Assembly: GCA_031549365.1 (NCBI GenBank)
Contig: JAVBPX010000001.1
Span: 64,001-128,000 of the forward strand
Source: Alphaproteobacteria bacterium
GTDB lineage: Bacteria > Pseudomonadota > Alphaproteobacteria > Rs-D84
Length of the DNA: 64,000 bases
Reading direction: 5' to 3'
In this document: positions 51,156-60,663 of the stretch, in pieces
How positions within the stretch are numbered: position 1 is the first letter of the stretch
Layout of the letters: each line of letters starts with the position of its first letter
The notes under the pieces: generated by a model
Databases searched by the model: none
Seen by the model: only the letters and a program-made list of their open reading frames with translations
What the model was told of the DNA's origin: nothing
Program-made: the position numbers and the translations under genes

Positions 51156-52259
51156 ATGGCCAAAAATTTATATGAAATATTGGGTGTATCCAAAACTGCA
51201 AACGATGCTGAAATTAAAAAGGCATACCATAAATTGGTGATGCAATACCATCCCGATCGAAACCCGGATAACAAAGAAGCAGAATCCAAATTCAAAGAAA
51301 TAAACTCTGCCTATGATATTTTGCGCGACCCACAAAAACGTGCGGCCTATGACCAATTTAGCGACGCAGCATTCCAAAATGGTAACACTGGGGGCGGCGC
51401 TGGATTTAACGGGTTTGGCGGCGGATTTGGTGGTTTTGGGGCTGGCGGTGCCGATTTTTCCGACATATTCGAAGATTTATTTGGCGGAATGGGATTTGGC
51501 GGCGGGACAAAACAGCAACGCAACCAACCTGGCCGCGATTTATTACACGAAGTAACAATGTCATTACACGATGCATTTTTGGGAAAAACTGAAACCGTTA
51601 CATTTACAGCTGCATCCAAATGCAAAAAATGCCATGGGCACGGTACGGATAGCGGGAAAGAAGCCCCAACCTGTTCAACCTGTCACGGATCTGGAATGGT
51701 TCGCCGGTCCCAGGGTTTCTTTGCAATGCAAACACCGTGTCCCGAATGTCATGGATCCGGACATATTATTAAAAGCCCATGTACTGAATGTCATGGGAAC
51801 GGCGTTGTTAATGAAAAACGAACATTGGATGTAAAAATACCTGCCGGCGTTATGGACGGCACACGATTACGACTGGCCGGCATGGGCGAAGCATCAGTGC
51901 ACGGTGGCCGCGCGGGTGATTTTTATGTTGATATACGCGTTCGTGCGGATAAAACATTTGACCGCGATGGCGACGATTTGCACCAAACCATATCGGTTCC
52001 ATTTACAACATTGGCAATGGGTGGCAAAATTGATGTTGATACAATTGATGGCAAACCAGTTGAATTAAAAATTGCGGACGGCACCCAAATTGGAACAAAA
52101 ATGCGCGTTCGCGGACGCGGAATGCCCGTTGTTGGTCGCGATTCGCGTGGGGACATGTATGTCCATATAACAACTGATATTCCAAAAAAATTAACGGACA
52201 AACAACGTGAATTGTTGGAAAAATTCGCCGCCGAAAAACCAAAAAAGGGCTGGTTTTAA
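51156..52259 (+). CDS. dnaJ: Chaperone DnaJ
   Basis: HPD, G/F-rich region, four CxxCxGxG. Confidence 0.98.
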   Translation: MAKNLYEILGVSKTANDAEIKKAYHKLVMQYHPDRNPDNKEAESKFKEINSAYDILRDPQKRAAYDQFSDAAFQNGNTGGGAGFNGFGGGFGGFGAGGADFSDIFEDLFGGMGFGGGTKQQRNQPGRDLLHEVTMSLHDAFLGKTETVTFTAASKCKKCHGHGTDSGKEAPTCSTCHGSGMVRRSQGFFAMQTPCPECHGSGHIIKSPCTECHGNGVVNEKRTLDVKIPAGVMDGTRLRLAGMGEASVHGGRAGDFYVDIRVRADKTFDRDGDDLHQTISVPFTTLAMGGKIDVDTIDGKPVELKIADGTQIGTKMRVRGRGMPVVGRDSRGDMYVHITTDIPKKLTDKQRELLEKFAAEKPKKGWF

Positions 52260-52262
52260 TTA

Positions 52263-52304
52263 TTGTTAAATCCAGAATAACATTGTTATTTCCGGATTTA
52301 ACAA
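52263..52304. repeat. TTGTTAA-ended palindromic repeat
   Basis: TTGTTAAATCC-AGAATAACATTGTTATTTCC-GGATTTAACAA; similar to 60485-60526. Confidence 0.7.
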
Positions 52305-52418
52305 ACTCAATAATAATTGTAAAAAACCAAAACAAATCTTCATTTTTGCTCATACTTAGCACCAAATGCGACCCATAAAATCCCAATCATATATAGACTG
52401 ATGCAACCTCACGCCTCA

Positions 52419-52461
52419 TGTTAATTCCGTGGAAAATTAAAAATTTTATCCTGAATTAACA
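52419..52461. repeat. TGTTAA-ended palindromic repeat
   Basis: TGTTAATTCCGTGGAAAATTAAAAATTTTATCCTGAATTAACA, similar to 5568-5611 including the A-rich tail. Confidence 0.75.
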
Positions 52462-52499
52462 ATCACAATAAAAACATAAAACATTATTTCGTAACCAAC

Positions 52500-52527
52500 A
52501 TTAAAACCCGGAATTCCGGGTTTTAAT
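52500..52527. terminator. Bidirectional terminator
   Basis: Perfect palindrome ATTAAAACCCGG-AATT-CCGGGTTTTAAT. Confidence 0.75.
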
Positions 52528-52528
52528 A

Positions 52529-52738
52529 TTAATACGATTTTGAACCATGCTGACCTGTATATGGATTTACATTACCACTGCTGCTCCAGTTATCACTTTT
52601 TGTATGATTTGCGTCGGATCTATAATGACCTTGGACGTGCGTGCCGTTGGATCTTGTATATCCATTAACGTACGTATCTGCCACAGCTGCCGACGAAACA
52701 AATGCCAACACACCAAATAAAACAAGTATTTTTTTCAT
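52529..52738 (-). CDS. Small secreted protein
   Basis: Signal peptide MKKILVL...AVA, then YVNGYTRSNGTHVQGHYRS...DNWS..GNVNPYTG, a pattern recalled from a widespread uncharacterised family. Confidence 0.75.
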   Translation of the reverse strand: MKKILVLFGVLAFVSSAAVADTYVNGYTRSNGTHVQGHYRSDANHTKSDNWSSSGNVNPYTGQHGSKSY

Positions 52739-52951
52739 ATTCATTCCTTTTAATTTGCGGCAGAAATATTTCTGCCATCTCAACCAATGATTGAATCAAA
52801 AACATAAAAAGTAAACAGGTTCATATTCCTAGGATATGTTAAAAATATCTATGCCGGCATCCCTCTTTTTTGACCATGTGCCAACCCCAACAAATTACTT
52901 GACAAACGCAATAAATCGTTTATTATGTATTCATAGACCAAAGGAAATAAA

Positions 52952-53344
52952 ATGCCAAATTGTAACGAATGCAAATATTTAAATACATGCGACCTGCGCA
53001 AATCGGACGTGCCAGAATTATGCACGGACGAATTATTACAACACCGTTTTGTATCGGCTTCTGAAATGGGAACAATGTCAAAACACGCTATTGCTCACTA
53101 TAAAAATTTACGCAATGCGTTAAATTTGTTGTGCAATTCCAGGAACATATCCGAAATCAAACGCCTGTCAAAATTCTTGGGGAACAGTTTGGAAATTTTA
53201 CAAAATACAGTTGATCACCATAAAAATATCGGCGGGCTGAGCAAATACACCGAAAGCACAAAACAATTTTCGGTTATTAACCTCCGTGCGCTTGAAATTT
53301 TAAAACCAGAAATCGAACGCGTAATCACGCAAAACTCAAAATAA
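52952..53344 (+). CDS. Hypothetical protein with N-terminal Cys cluster
   Basis: CNECKYLNTC...C; SD AAGGA; TTGACA promoter at 52899. Confidence 0.7.
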   Translation: MPNCNECKYLNTCDLRKSDVPELCTDELLQHRFVSASEMGTMSKHAIAHYKNLRNALNLLCNSRNISEIKRLSKFLGNSLEILQNTVDHHKNIGGLSKYTESTKQFSVINLRALEILKPEIERVITQNSK

Positions 53345-53346
53345 CG

Positions 53347-53883
53347 GTGAATATTATGAAATTCAAACCATTGTTTAAAACAGCATTATTATCATTATTA
53401 ATGTTTGTCGCATGCAAAAAGGATGAAAACGGTCCAACCGTTGAAAAATACAATGCAAAAATTAACGCAACAACCGACGCGAATTCTGTTTATGCCGCTG
53501 GGCATCGTGCGATTCGCCTGGGTGCATCCGAAATGGTAATTACATCCGACATTGGCCGATATGAATTAACGCCATCTGGCATTAATCATTGGTTTCAATT
53601 GCGCCTGCATATGGAGGATGCCGGTAACAAAAAATTCATTGTAAACAACATTGACACCCTGTCCCCTGCGATGAAGGGTCAACCATTTAATTTACACACC
53701 ATGGTTGCGTACGAAAAAATGGGATACCCGGTTATTGTTTATATCGGATCAAATTCATTCCAATTTGATACGGTAACCGCCGGCAAATTTTCGTTGGATT
53801 CAATTAAATCACCAATTATAATTGATACAACAAAAACCGTTATATCAGAATCCTCTGCCCGTAATGCAATTAATTCAAAATAA
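53347..53883 (+). CDS. Putative lipoprotein
   Basis: LLMFVA-CKKDE lipobox. Confidence 0.65.
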   Translation: MNIMKFKPLFKTALLSLLMFVACKKDENGPTVEKYNAKINATTDANSVYAAGHRAIRLGASEMVITSDIGRYELTPSGINHWFQLRLHMEDAGNKKFIVNNIDTLSPAMKGQPFNLHTMVAYEKMGYPVIVYIGSNSFQFDTVTAGKFSLDSIKSPIIIDTTKTVISESSARNAINSK

Positions 53884-53892
53884 GGAAAAATC

Positions 53893-54577
53893 ATGACAAA
53901 ACAAAACAAATATATTCTATAAAAAAATAACTATCGAACTTCCTATTTCTACTAGTATCCAAGAAGCCGCAGAGAAAGCTATATTAACAGCAGAAATCGA
54001 GGAAGGCTTTTTTACAAATGCAAAATGTATTGTATCTTTTAATTTTAATGGGGTAACAATTAACGTTACTTCTGCAATGACTATCGAACAAGTAACCGCT
54101 TCTCTGTTCAGAAAATATGAACTCCGATCGATGAAAGACAAAAGCTCGCCAGACTATATCAAAAGCGATTTGCTTTCTAAACTTGCTTATGTTAAACGCG
54201 AACGAGCCGACAAAAAAACACAGACTAAGGTTCAAGCCGAGCCATTTGAAACATCCTCCATACCAGCATGGAACAATTACAGGGATCTAAATTCTGATTC
54301 GTACAGCAATGCCGTTATGGAATATGCGGAAATATGGGCGAAATTAATGCAAATTGAATTGCGCACTGGGGCAAAATTAACCAAAGAGCTTGCAGATCTG
54401 CTATCCGACCAAGCAGATGTTTTGGGAATCTCTGGGTTCCAATTTGGATGTGCAAAAAATTGCTTATACGCTTACTGGAAATACGGCGAAGAATTGGGCG
54501 CGGCTTATAATGCCCCATCTGACAAAATCAAACAAATTCGATCGGATGTTGCAAAACGTCAAAAAGAATCCAAATAA
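53893..54577 (+). pseudogene. Frameshifted hypothetical (phage-like) gene; ORF track shows only 54077-54577
   Basis: SD plus ATG 53893 hits TAA at 53920, while the 54077 frame is open back to 53897; (ACAAA)3 follows the ATG. Confidence 0.6.
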
Positions 54578-54585
54578 ACCGCCAT

Positions 54586-54612
54586 AAAAAACCCGCCAAT
54601 TGGCGGGTTTTT
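54586..54612. terminator. Bidirectional terminator
   Basis: AAAAACCCGCC-AATT-GGCGGGTTTTT. Confidence 0.8.
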
Positions 54613-54615
54613 CTT

Positions 54616-55731
54616 TTATATCCTCTGTGGCATTAAAATGAATAATGCGTCTTTCTTGTCTTTCGATTGCAAAATCGTTGGAGACAATGGATCCATCATT
54701 ATCATTTGCATCGTATCGCCATCGATTTGATTCGCAATATCCAATAAAAAACGAACATTAAACGAAATCACAAATTGATCATCGCCATTGTATTCGATAT
54801 CCATATCTTCGGTCGCAGTACCAGTTTCTGGGGTCGAGGCGGATGCCACCAATTTGTTCATTGAAAAAGTCAATAAAACTGATTTTGTTTTCTCGGTCGA
54901 TGCAACGGATACACGATCAACGATTTGAATGAAATGCGCTTTGTCCATTGTAACAACTTTGTCGTTGTTCTTTGGAATTACAACTTTGTAATTTGGATAT
55001 TGAGCGTCAACCAGTTTGGATGTTAATACGGCGTCGCCCACAGTGAATCTGGCCTTGGTTTCGGACAATTCGATAACAACGTCGTCTGATGCTGCATCAT
55101 CCAATAATTTACGCAATTCGCCAATTACACGACGAGGCAAAATAACGGACGGCATTTCCTCGGAACCCTTGGGCGATGGCACAGAACACAATGCTAAACG
55201 TTGTGAGTCGGTCGCAACGGACGTCAACATTTTTTGGCCTTTTTCTTCGGTCAAATGGAAATAAATCCCGCCCAAATGATAACGAACATCATCTGTTGGA
55301 ATTGCAAATTTTGTTTGATCAATCATATGCGATAAATCATCTGTCGACATCGCAAATTTTGTGGTCAAATGCGCACCCGCCATCATTGGGAAATTATCGG
55401 CTGGTAATGTTGATAATGTAAATCTGGCCTTGCCACTCGACACAACCATTTGATCGCCAATTTGCTTCATCTTGATTTCGGAATCATCTGGTAATTTGCG
55501 AACGATATCGTACAACAAATGGACAGGCAATGTCATTTTACCCTGTAATGTAACGTCGGCTGGAACTTTTTCAACCAATTCCAAATCAACGTTTGTTGCG
55601 GTCATAATCAAACTGTCTTTGACCTCCATTTTAACGTTCATCAAAATTGGTAATGTAGCACGTCTTTCCACGATGGATTGCATGTGTGCCAATGTTTTGA
55701 TTAAATCCTGACGATATACTGAAAATTCCAT
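54616..55731 (-). CDS. dnaN: DNA polymerase III beta clamp
   Basis: ERR.T.PIL.N, ATD..RL, SKLVD..YP.Y, ..MP C-terminus; downstream of dnaA. Confidence 0.96.
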   Translation of the reverse strand: MEFSVYRQDLIKTLAHMQSIVERRATLPILMNVKMEVKDSLIMTATNVDLELVEKVPADVTLQGKMTLPVHLLYDIVRKLPDDSEIKMKQIGDQMVVSSGKARFTLSTLPADNFPMMAGAHLTTKFAMSTDDLSHMIDQTKFAIPTDDVRYHLGGIYFHLTEEKGQKMLTSVATDSQRLALCSVPSPKGSEEMPSVILPRRVIGELRKLLDDAASDDVVIELSETKARFTVGDAVLTSKLVDAQYPNYKVVIPKNNDKVVTMDKAHFIQIVDRVSVASTEKTKSVLLTFSMNKLVASASTPETGTATEDMDIEYNGDDQFVISFNVRFLLDIANQIDGDTMQMIMMDPLSPTILQSKDKKDALFILMPQRI

Positions 55732-55832
55732 CGTATGCTCCTTTGTAATCTTTTGTATTTCATGGCTATTTTAACGAAAATCCCCCCGCGACGCAAGGGA
55801 TTTTTGGGTATTTTTTCAAAAATTTCTAGATG

Positions 55833-57170
55833 TTAAATGGATCCGCCACAAATGCGGGCCAATTGATCCAATTCTGCGATTAATGTCAAATCGGACAGCT
55901 TTTGTTGTTCAATTTGATCAATTCCGTACAAAACAGTCGCATGATCACGATCGCCCAACAATTTACCAATGGCCGTCAAAGATAAATCCGTAGAATTTTT
56001 CAAAACATACATCATCATGTAACGGGCACGAACAACTGATTTTTGACGACGAGAGGATAAAACATCATCAAACGCAACACCTATCGATTCGCACATTTTT
56101 TTAACAAAATCTGTTGGTGTTTTTGGTTGTGATATTACATCGCGCAATAAAAATTCGGCGCGATCGCGGGATACTTTTTGTCCCGTCAAATCGGACCAGG
56201 CCGCAACTTTTTTCAAAACACCGGACATTACATGGCCATTACCTTGGATTATTGATGCAATATGTTCGGCAACATTTAAATCCAGTCCCGCACGCGCCAA
56301 AATCGTTTTTTTAACATGTGCATTCATTGAACAAACGTCCACCACCAGGCCCGATGCCAATATCGATTGGAAACGACGATCAAAACCAGTTAATGCGGAT
56401 GGCGCCATCGGAGCAGTGATTACAACTTGTTTTCCGGCAGCGATTAAATCCAATAATGTTAATAACATTTCCTCGGTTGATGCGCGTTTCCCAATTAATG
56501 CCGAAATTCCATCAATAATTAAAACATCGCATGCGCGCAATTTGTCCTTGAAATCAAATGTGGATTTTTCATGAATCGAACGAATGAAATCGGATGCAAA
56601 CCCGGCCCCAGTCATCATTAATACATTGCGTTTGCCATTGGATTCAATGTCGCCGGCAATCGCGTTTAATAAATGGGTTTTTCCGCATCCTTCGTCGCCA
56701 TAAATGAATAATGGTGAAAACACAGCGGCGTTTGATGATGCCACTTTTTTGCATGCTGCCACAGCAAAAGAATTTTCATCCACTGTTACAAAATTATTAA
56801 ATGTTTGATCACGATTTGCAATTGGCGCAGATGTTTCAAATATCGCTTTTTGAATATTGTCATTAACGTTTTCCGTAATAATTTCGCATGAAACACTACG
56901 GCGAATTGATACTGTTACTGTCAATCCGAACGAACCCGCAACCTTGTTAATTATTGATAAATGGGTATGTAGTATAAAATCAGAAACAAAACGATTTGGA
57001 GCAATGATATTAACTTGGTTATTTTCGATGTTGCCAACACATGGGGCAATCCAGCTTGCAAAAGCAGCCTCGTTCATACTCTTTTTTAATTGGTCGCAAA
57101 ATAAATCCCAAGTAACATTTGAAACTTGTCCAATAACATTTGTTTGGTGCGCCAATAAAACCATTACCAT
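55833..57170 (-). CDS. dnaA: Chromosomal replication initiator DnaA, divergent AAA+ module
   Basis: F.SWI domain I, TFNNFV, PLFIYG..G.GKTHL, SL..IG..LG.RDH.TV; upstream of dnaN; SD AAGGGG before ATG 57170. Confidence 0.9.
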   Translation of the reverse strand: MVMVLLAHQTNVIGQVSNVTWDLFCDQLKKSMNEAAFASWIAPCVGNIENNQVNIIAPNRFVSDFILHTHLSIINKVAGSFGLTVTVSIRRSVSCEIITENVNDNIQKAIFETSAPIANRDQTFNNFVTVDENSFAVAACKKVASSNAAVFSPLFIYGDEGCGKTHLLNAIAGDIESNGKRNVLMMTGAGFASDFIRSIHEKSTFDFKDKLRACDVLIIDGISALIGKRASTEEMLLTLLDLIAAGKQVVITAPMAPSALTGFDRRFQSILASGLVVDVCSMNAHVKKTILARAGLDLNVAEHIASIIQGNGHVMSGVLKKVAAWSDLTGQKVSRDRAEFLLRDVISQPKTPTDFVKKMCESIGVAFDDVLSSRRQKSVVRARYMMMYVLKNSTDLSLTAIGKLLGDRDHATVLYGIDQIEQQKLSDLTLIAELDQLARICGGSI

Positions 57171-57673
57171 TCCCCTTCTTGGGTTTACAGAAAACATCTC
57201 TATACCAATGCGCCCCGAATTTTCAATCAACCAACATATAAATTATATGTTTTTAATTATGACCGCTGAAACATCACCGCGAACACAATATGATTGTCCC
57301 TATCACCCGAACACATCCATCACAAATAATCAAAACGTCAGTCCCATTTTGAAAACATGTTTTGAACGGTATAGCCTTCCTCTTCTTTTTGTTTACTGTG
57401 CCGTCAAAGATTTTTTGGAATATAGATTCTGAATTTATGCGCTATTACAACAATTCGAACCCGTCTTCAAAATGTCTTCGATCGACTGGATACGTAGTTC
57501 ATAGTATATTCAAAAACCCAACTTACAAGCGTTTTTTTTCAAAATAACAAACTTTTTTTTCTTGACGATTTTCGGGCAATTTGATTTTTATTTTGTATAT
57601 ACATTGCCTATCCGTTTATGGGCTTTAATTTTCAAAAAATCCCTAACTAAAACCGATTCTGATTTTACACTTT

Positions 57674-58684
57674 TTACGCTAAAATAAATCCGCCTTCAAC
57701 ACGAATTATGCTGCCATTTATTTCCAATATAACTAATTCTTTTTTAATATCAGATACATTTTTGTTCAATATTAATGATATTTCAGATTCAGATAATGGC
57801 TTTTGACTTAATAACTCCAAAATATTTGATTCAACTTGAATCTTTTTCTCGTTGATTTTTGTATCTTTTTTGAAAAAATCCGTTATACCCATGCACAATG
57901 TGGCCTGCCCTGATTTTATTAACGAATTTGGCCCAAAACTGCGTGGGTCTGTTGGGTGCGATGGAATCGCAAACACAGGCCTAGACAATTTAATCATATG
58001 ATTCGCAGTAATCATACTGCCCGATTTATCTGTTGCTTCGCCCAATATCATTTGATTCGAAATCCCAGCCACCAATTGATTTCGCTTCACGAAATACTTT
58101 GCTATGGGTTTTGTGCCAATTGGCATATCCGATATAACGCATCCGCGTTCAATAATTGATTTATATAACGATTCGTTTTCAATGGGCCAAGGCTGATCAA
58201 CCCCGCCTGCCAAAACAGCAACTGTTACATTGTTTTTGCTTGATTTTAATGCGCCCTGATGTGCGGCGGCGTCCGATCCCATCGCCATACCAGATACAAC
58301 CAAAAATCCATTTTCGGCAAATTCATATGACAATTGCCCCATAAACTTTAAGCCATTTGCGGATGCGTTTCTGGTACCCACCATCGCAACCGATTCTTTT
58401 GATAATGTGTCTGGGTTACCCAACACACTGATTACAGGCGGATGACCGTGCATAGACTTTAAATTAACGGGATATCTTGGGTCATCATCAAATATGAATT
58501 CGGACCCTTTTCTATTCATCAATTCAATCTCACGTGAAACCGAATCGTGTAACGAATCTTTAATTGCCAAATTATCCAGCGCGGACCTGGCCGAACCAAA
58601 TTCATTTATTAATTGATTATATTTGACGGGGCCAACGCCATCCATCCGAATTAACGTTAATCTATCAATGTCCGATTGTTTCAT
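57674..58684 (-). CDS. dprA: DNA-processing protein DprA
   Basis: YP..L, AMVGTRNAS, VSGMA.G.D.AAH, F..RN, SGS..TA, C-terminal winged helix. Confidence 0.93.
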   Translation of the reverse strand: MKQSDIDRLTLIRMDGVGPVKYNQLINEFGSARSALDNLAIKDSLHDSVSREIELMNRKGSEFIFDDDPRYPVNLKSMHGHPPVISVLGNPDTLSKESVAMVGTRNASANGLKFMGQLSYEFAENGFLVVSGMAMGSDAAAHQGALKSSKNNVTVAVLAGGVDQPWPIENESLYKSIIERGCVISDMPIGTKPIAKYFVKRNQLVAGISNQMILGEATDKSGSMITANHMIKLSRPVFAIPSHPTDPRSFGPNSLIKSGQATLCMGITDFFKKDTKINEKKIQVESNILELLSQKPLSESEISLILNKNVSDIKKELVILEINGSIIRVEGGFILA

Positions 58685-59313
58685 TTTTTTAATTTTATCC
58701 TGGATTCTTCACCACGAATCAAACGTTTGATATTTTCATAATGACGAGCCCATCCCAACAACGCCAAAACAGCAAATGTTACAACTATAATCTGTTGGCC
58801 AGTTATTAAATATGCAAACATAGGCAGAGACAATAACATCATTAACGCCGCCAGCGAAGAATAACGGAATACAATTGCCATTACCAACCAAACTAAAACT
58901 GCTCCGATAAACATATTTGTATTAACAGCCAATGCGAACCCCAGGGTGGACGCAATACCCTTGCCTCCCTTGAACTTTAACCAAATTGGAAAGTTATGTC
59001 CCAGCACAGCAAAAAAACCGGCAACAATGCCCGCCATTGGATTAAATAATGTCTGACCTATGATTGTTGCCAATGCGGCCTTGCCCCCATCCAACAACAC
59101 GGTTAATATGGCCAATTCCCAACGACCTGTTCGCAAAACATTCGTTGCCCCGATGTTTCCGGACCCAATTTTACGCAAGTCCCCTGCTTTGAACAATTTG
59201 GTCAAAATCAATCCAAATGGGATTGAGCCCAGCAAATAGCCCGTCACCATCATAGTGTACAGAGGCGGCTGATTGAAAAACCAAACAGAAATTGATTCGA
59301 ATAATTGTTGCAT
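58681..59313 (-). CDS. plsY: Glycerol-3-phosphate acyltransferase PlsY
   Basis: YLLGSIP, GSGNIGATN, GH.FP, FKGGKG, RH.ENI.RL. Confidence 0.96.
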   Translation of the reverse strand: MQQLFESISVWFFNQPPLYTMMVTGYLLGSIPFGLILTKLFKAGDLRKIGSGNIGATNVLRTGRWELAILTVLLDGGKAALATIIGQTLFNPMAGIVAGFFAVLGHNFPIWLKFKGGKGIASTLGFALAVNTNMFIGAVLVWLVMAIVFRYSSLAALMMLLSLPMFAYLITGQQIIVVTFAVLALLGWARHYENIKRLIRGEESRIKLKK

Positions 59314-59337
59314 TTTAATCCTCCTTGATTAAAAAAC

Positions 59338-59366
59338 TTGACCTTTTTCGTTTTATACTTTATAAC
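59338..59366 (+). promoter_or_regulatory. rpsT promoter
   Basis: TTGACC-17 nt-TATAAC. Confidence 0.55.
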
Positions 59367-59410
59367 ATATCCTGTTCAACTCCGTAAAGGAAAAAAAGGA
59401 TATAAAAAAT

Positions 59411-59671
59411 ATGGCACACCATAAATCTGCAAAAACTCGTATTACACGCAACGAAAACGCTCGTTCTGTGAATATTTCCCGCAAATCACGCATCCGTACT
59501 TTTATTAAAAAAGTAACAACTGCTATTACAGGCGGCGACAAAAAAACAGCAACCGAAAACATGCGCGTTGCAGAATCCCAAATGGCACGTGGTGCTGGCC
59601 GCGTAATGCATAAACGCACTGCAGCCAGAAAGACTTCGCGCATGGCAAAGAAAGTCAATAAAATGGCTTAA
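59411..59671 (+). CDS. rpsT: 30S ribosomal protein S20
   Basis: MAHHKSAK.R...N...KSRIRTFIKK...H..TAARK.SR. Confidence 0.97.
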   Translation: MAHHKSAKTRITRNENARSVNISRKSRIRTFIKKVTTAITGGDKKTATENMRVAESQMARGAGRVMHKRTAARKTSRMAKKVNKMA

Positions 59672-59766
59672 TTTCCCCTTGGGAATATAAACTTCTTGCC
59701 CCGGACGTTTGTCTGGGGTAAAATTTTGTTTGGATATATACAATTCATAAACCAAAGGGGGGATAA

Positions 59767-60414
59767 ATGAAAAAAGTATTAATATTCTTGGGCATAATTG
59801 CTGTTGCATTGATTGGCGCATACGCCTATTTCGGTGGATTTTCATCCGTTACTGTTAATAATGTAACACGCGATCAAAAAATCGCAGTATACGTAACACA
59901 CACTGGATGTTACAAAAAAATGAACGATGATATGATGCCATTGTACAAAAATTTGGAAAAAACATTTGGTCCGGACGCTAAAAATTTGGTCGGTTTTGGA
60001 ATTTATTTGGATAATCCTGAAACTGTTAAATCCACGGATTTGCGCTCAATCGTTGGATATTTCATTTCAGAGGATCAGGCTAAAAAATTAAAAGACGAAA
60101 CATTCCATTCGGGCATCACAGTAATCCCATCATATAATGCGATTTCGGTTCCATTTACATATCGCGGAATGCCTTCGTTTATAATTGGTGTAATGCGTGC
60201 ATACCCTGCGTTGGATAAATTCATCATGGCGAATCCTGAATTAAAATGGGGATCATCCGTTGAAATCTATGATTTACAAAATCACCAAGTTTTCTATGAC
60301 GTACCAACAGGCGAAAGCTTTACAATCATGATGACAAATCTGTATACAAAGTCGGTATTGGCAAAACCATCCACGGCACCTGCCGCCCCTGTTGAACCAA
60401 CACCTGCAAAATAA
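59767..60414 (+). CDS. Membrane-anchored GyrI-like domain protein
   Basis: N-terminal TM, H.G.Y, GIYLDNP, LRS.VG, EIYD. Confidence 0.75.
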   Translation: MKKVLIFLGIIAVALIGAYAYFGGFSSVTVNNVTRDQKIAVYVTHTGCYKKMNDDMMPLYKNLEKTFGPDAKNLVGFGIYLDNPETVKSTDLRSIVGYFISEDQAKKLKDETFHSGITVIPSYNAISVPFTYRGMPSFIIGVMRAYPALDKFIMANPELKWGSSVEIYDLQNHQVFYDVPTGESFTIMMTNLYTKSVLAKPSTAPAAPVEPTPAK

Positions 60415-60431
60415 TTATTTTGCTGATAATT

Positions 60432-60459
60432 AAATCCCCGTGTCTTGCGGGGATTTTTT
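60432..60459 (+). terminator. Intrinsic terminator
   Basis: AAATCCCCGTG-TCT-TGCGGGGATTT plus T tract. Confidence 0.7.
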
Positions 60460-60484
60460 ATTGCAATCTAGGGCATGCATTTTA

Positions 60485-60642
60485 TGTTAATTTCAGAATA
60501 ACATCCTGTTATTTTCGAAATTAACAATGCCAACAATTTAAAACTATCCATAATCAGTATAATTTAATACTAACACTTGTCATTGCTAACAAAGCGCGAC
60601 AATCTTTGCAATTAAAAAACATCCGGGATTTTCCCGGATGTT
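60485..60642. repeat. Mosaic of palindromic repeats
   Basis: TGTTAA...TTAACA hairpin 60485-60526; TGTCATTGC...CAATCTTTGCAATT then CATCCGGGATTTTCCCGGATG (60620-60640), same order as at 372-453. Confidence 0.7.
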
Positions 60643-60663
60643 AAAAAATCAAATAACAATCAA

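Noticed and set aside
56857-57432. 191-aa + strand ORF and other long antisense ORFs (e.g. 6442-6951, 19256-19822, 22437-22952, 50124-50579)
   Set aside because: Shadow frames opposite well-supported genes; no motifs or SD.
55732-57673. Canonical oriC around dnaA
   Set aside because: No cluster of TTATCCACA-like boxes found by eye in either dnaA-flanking spacer.
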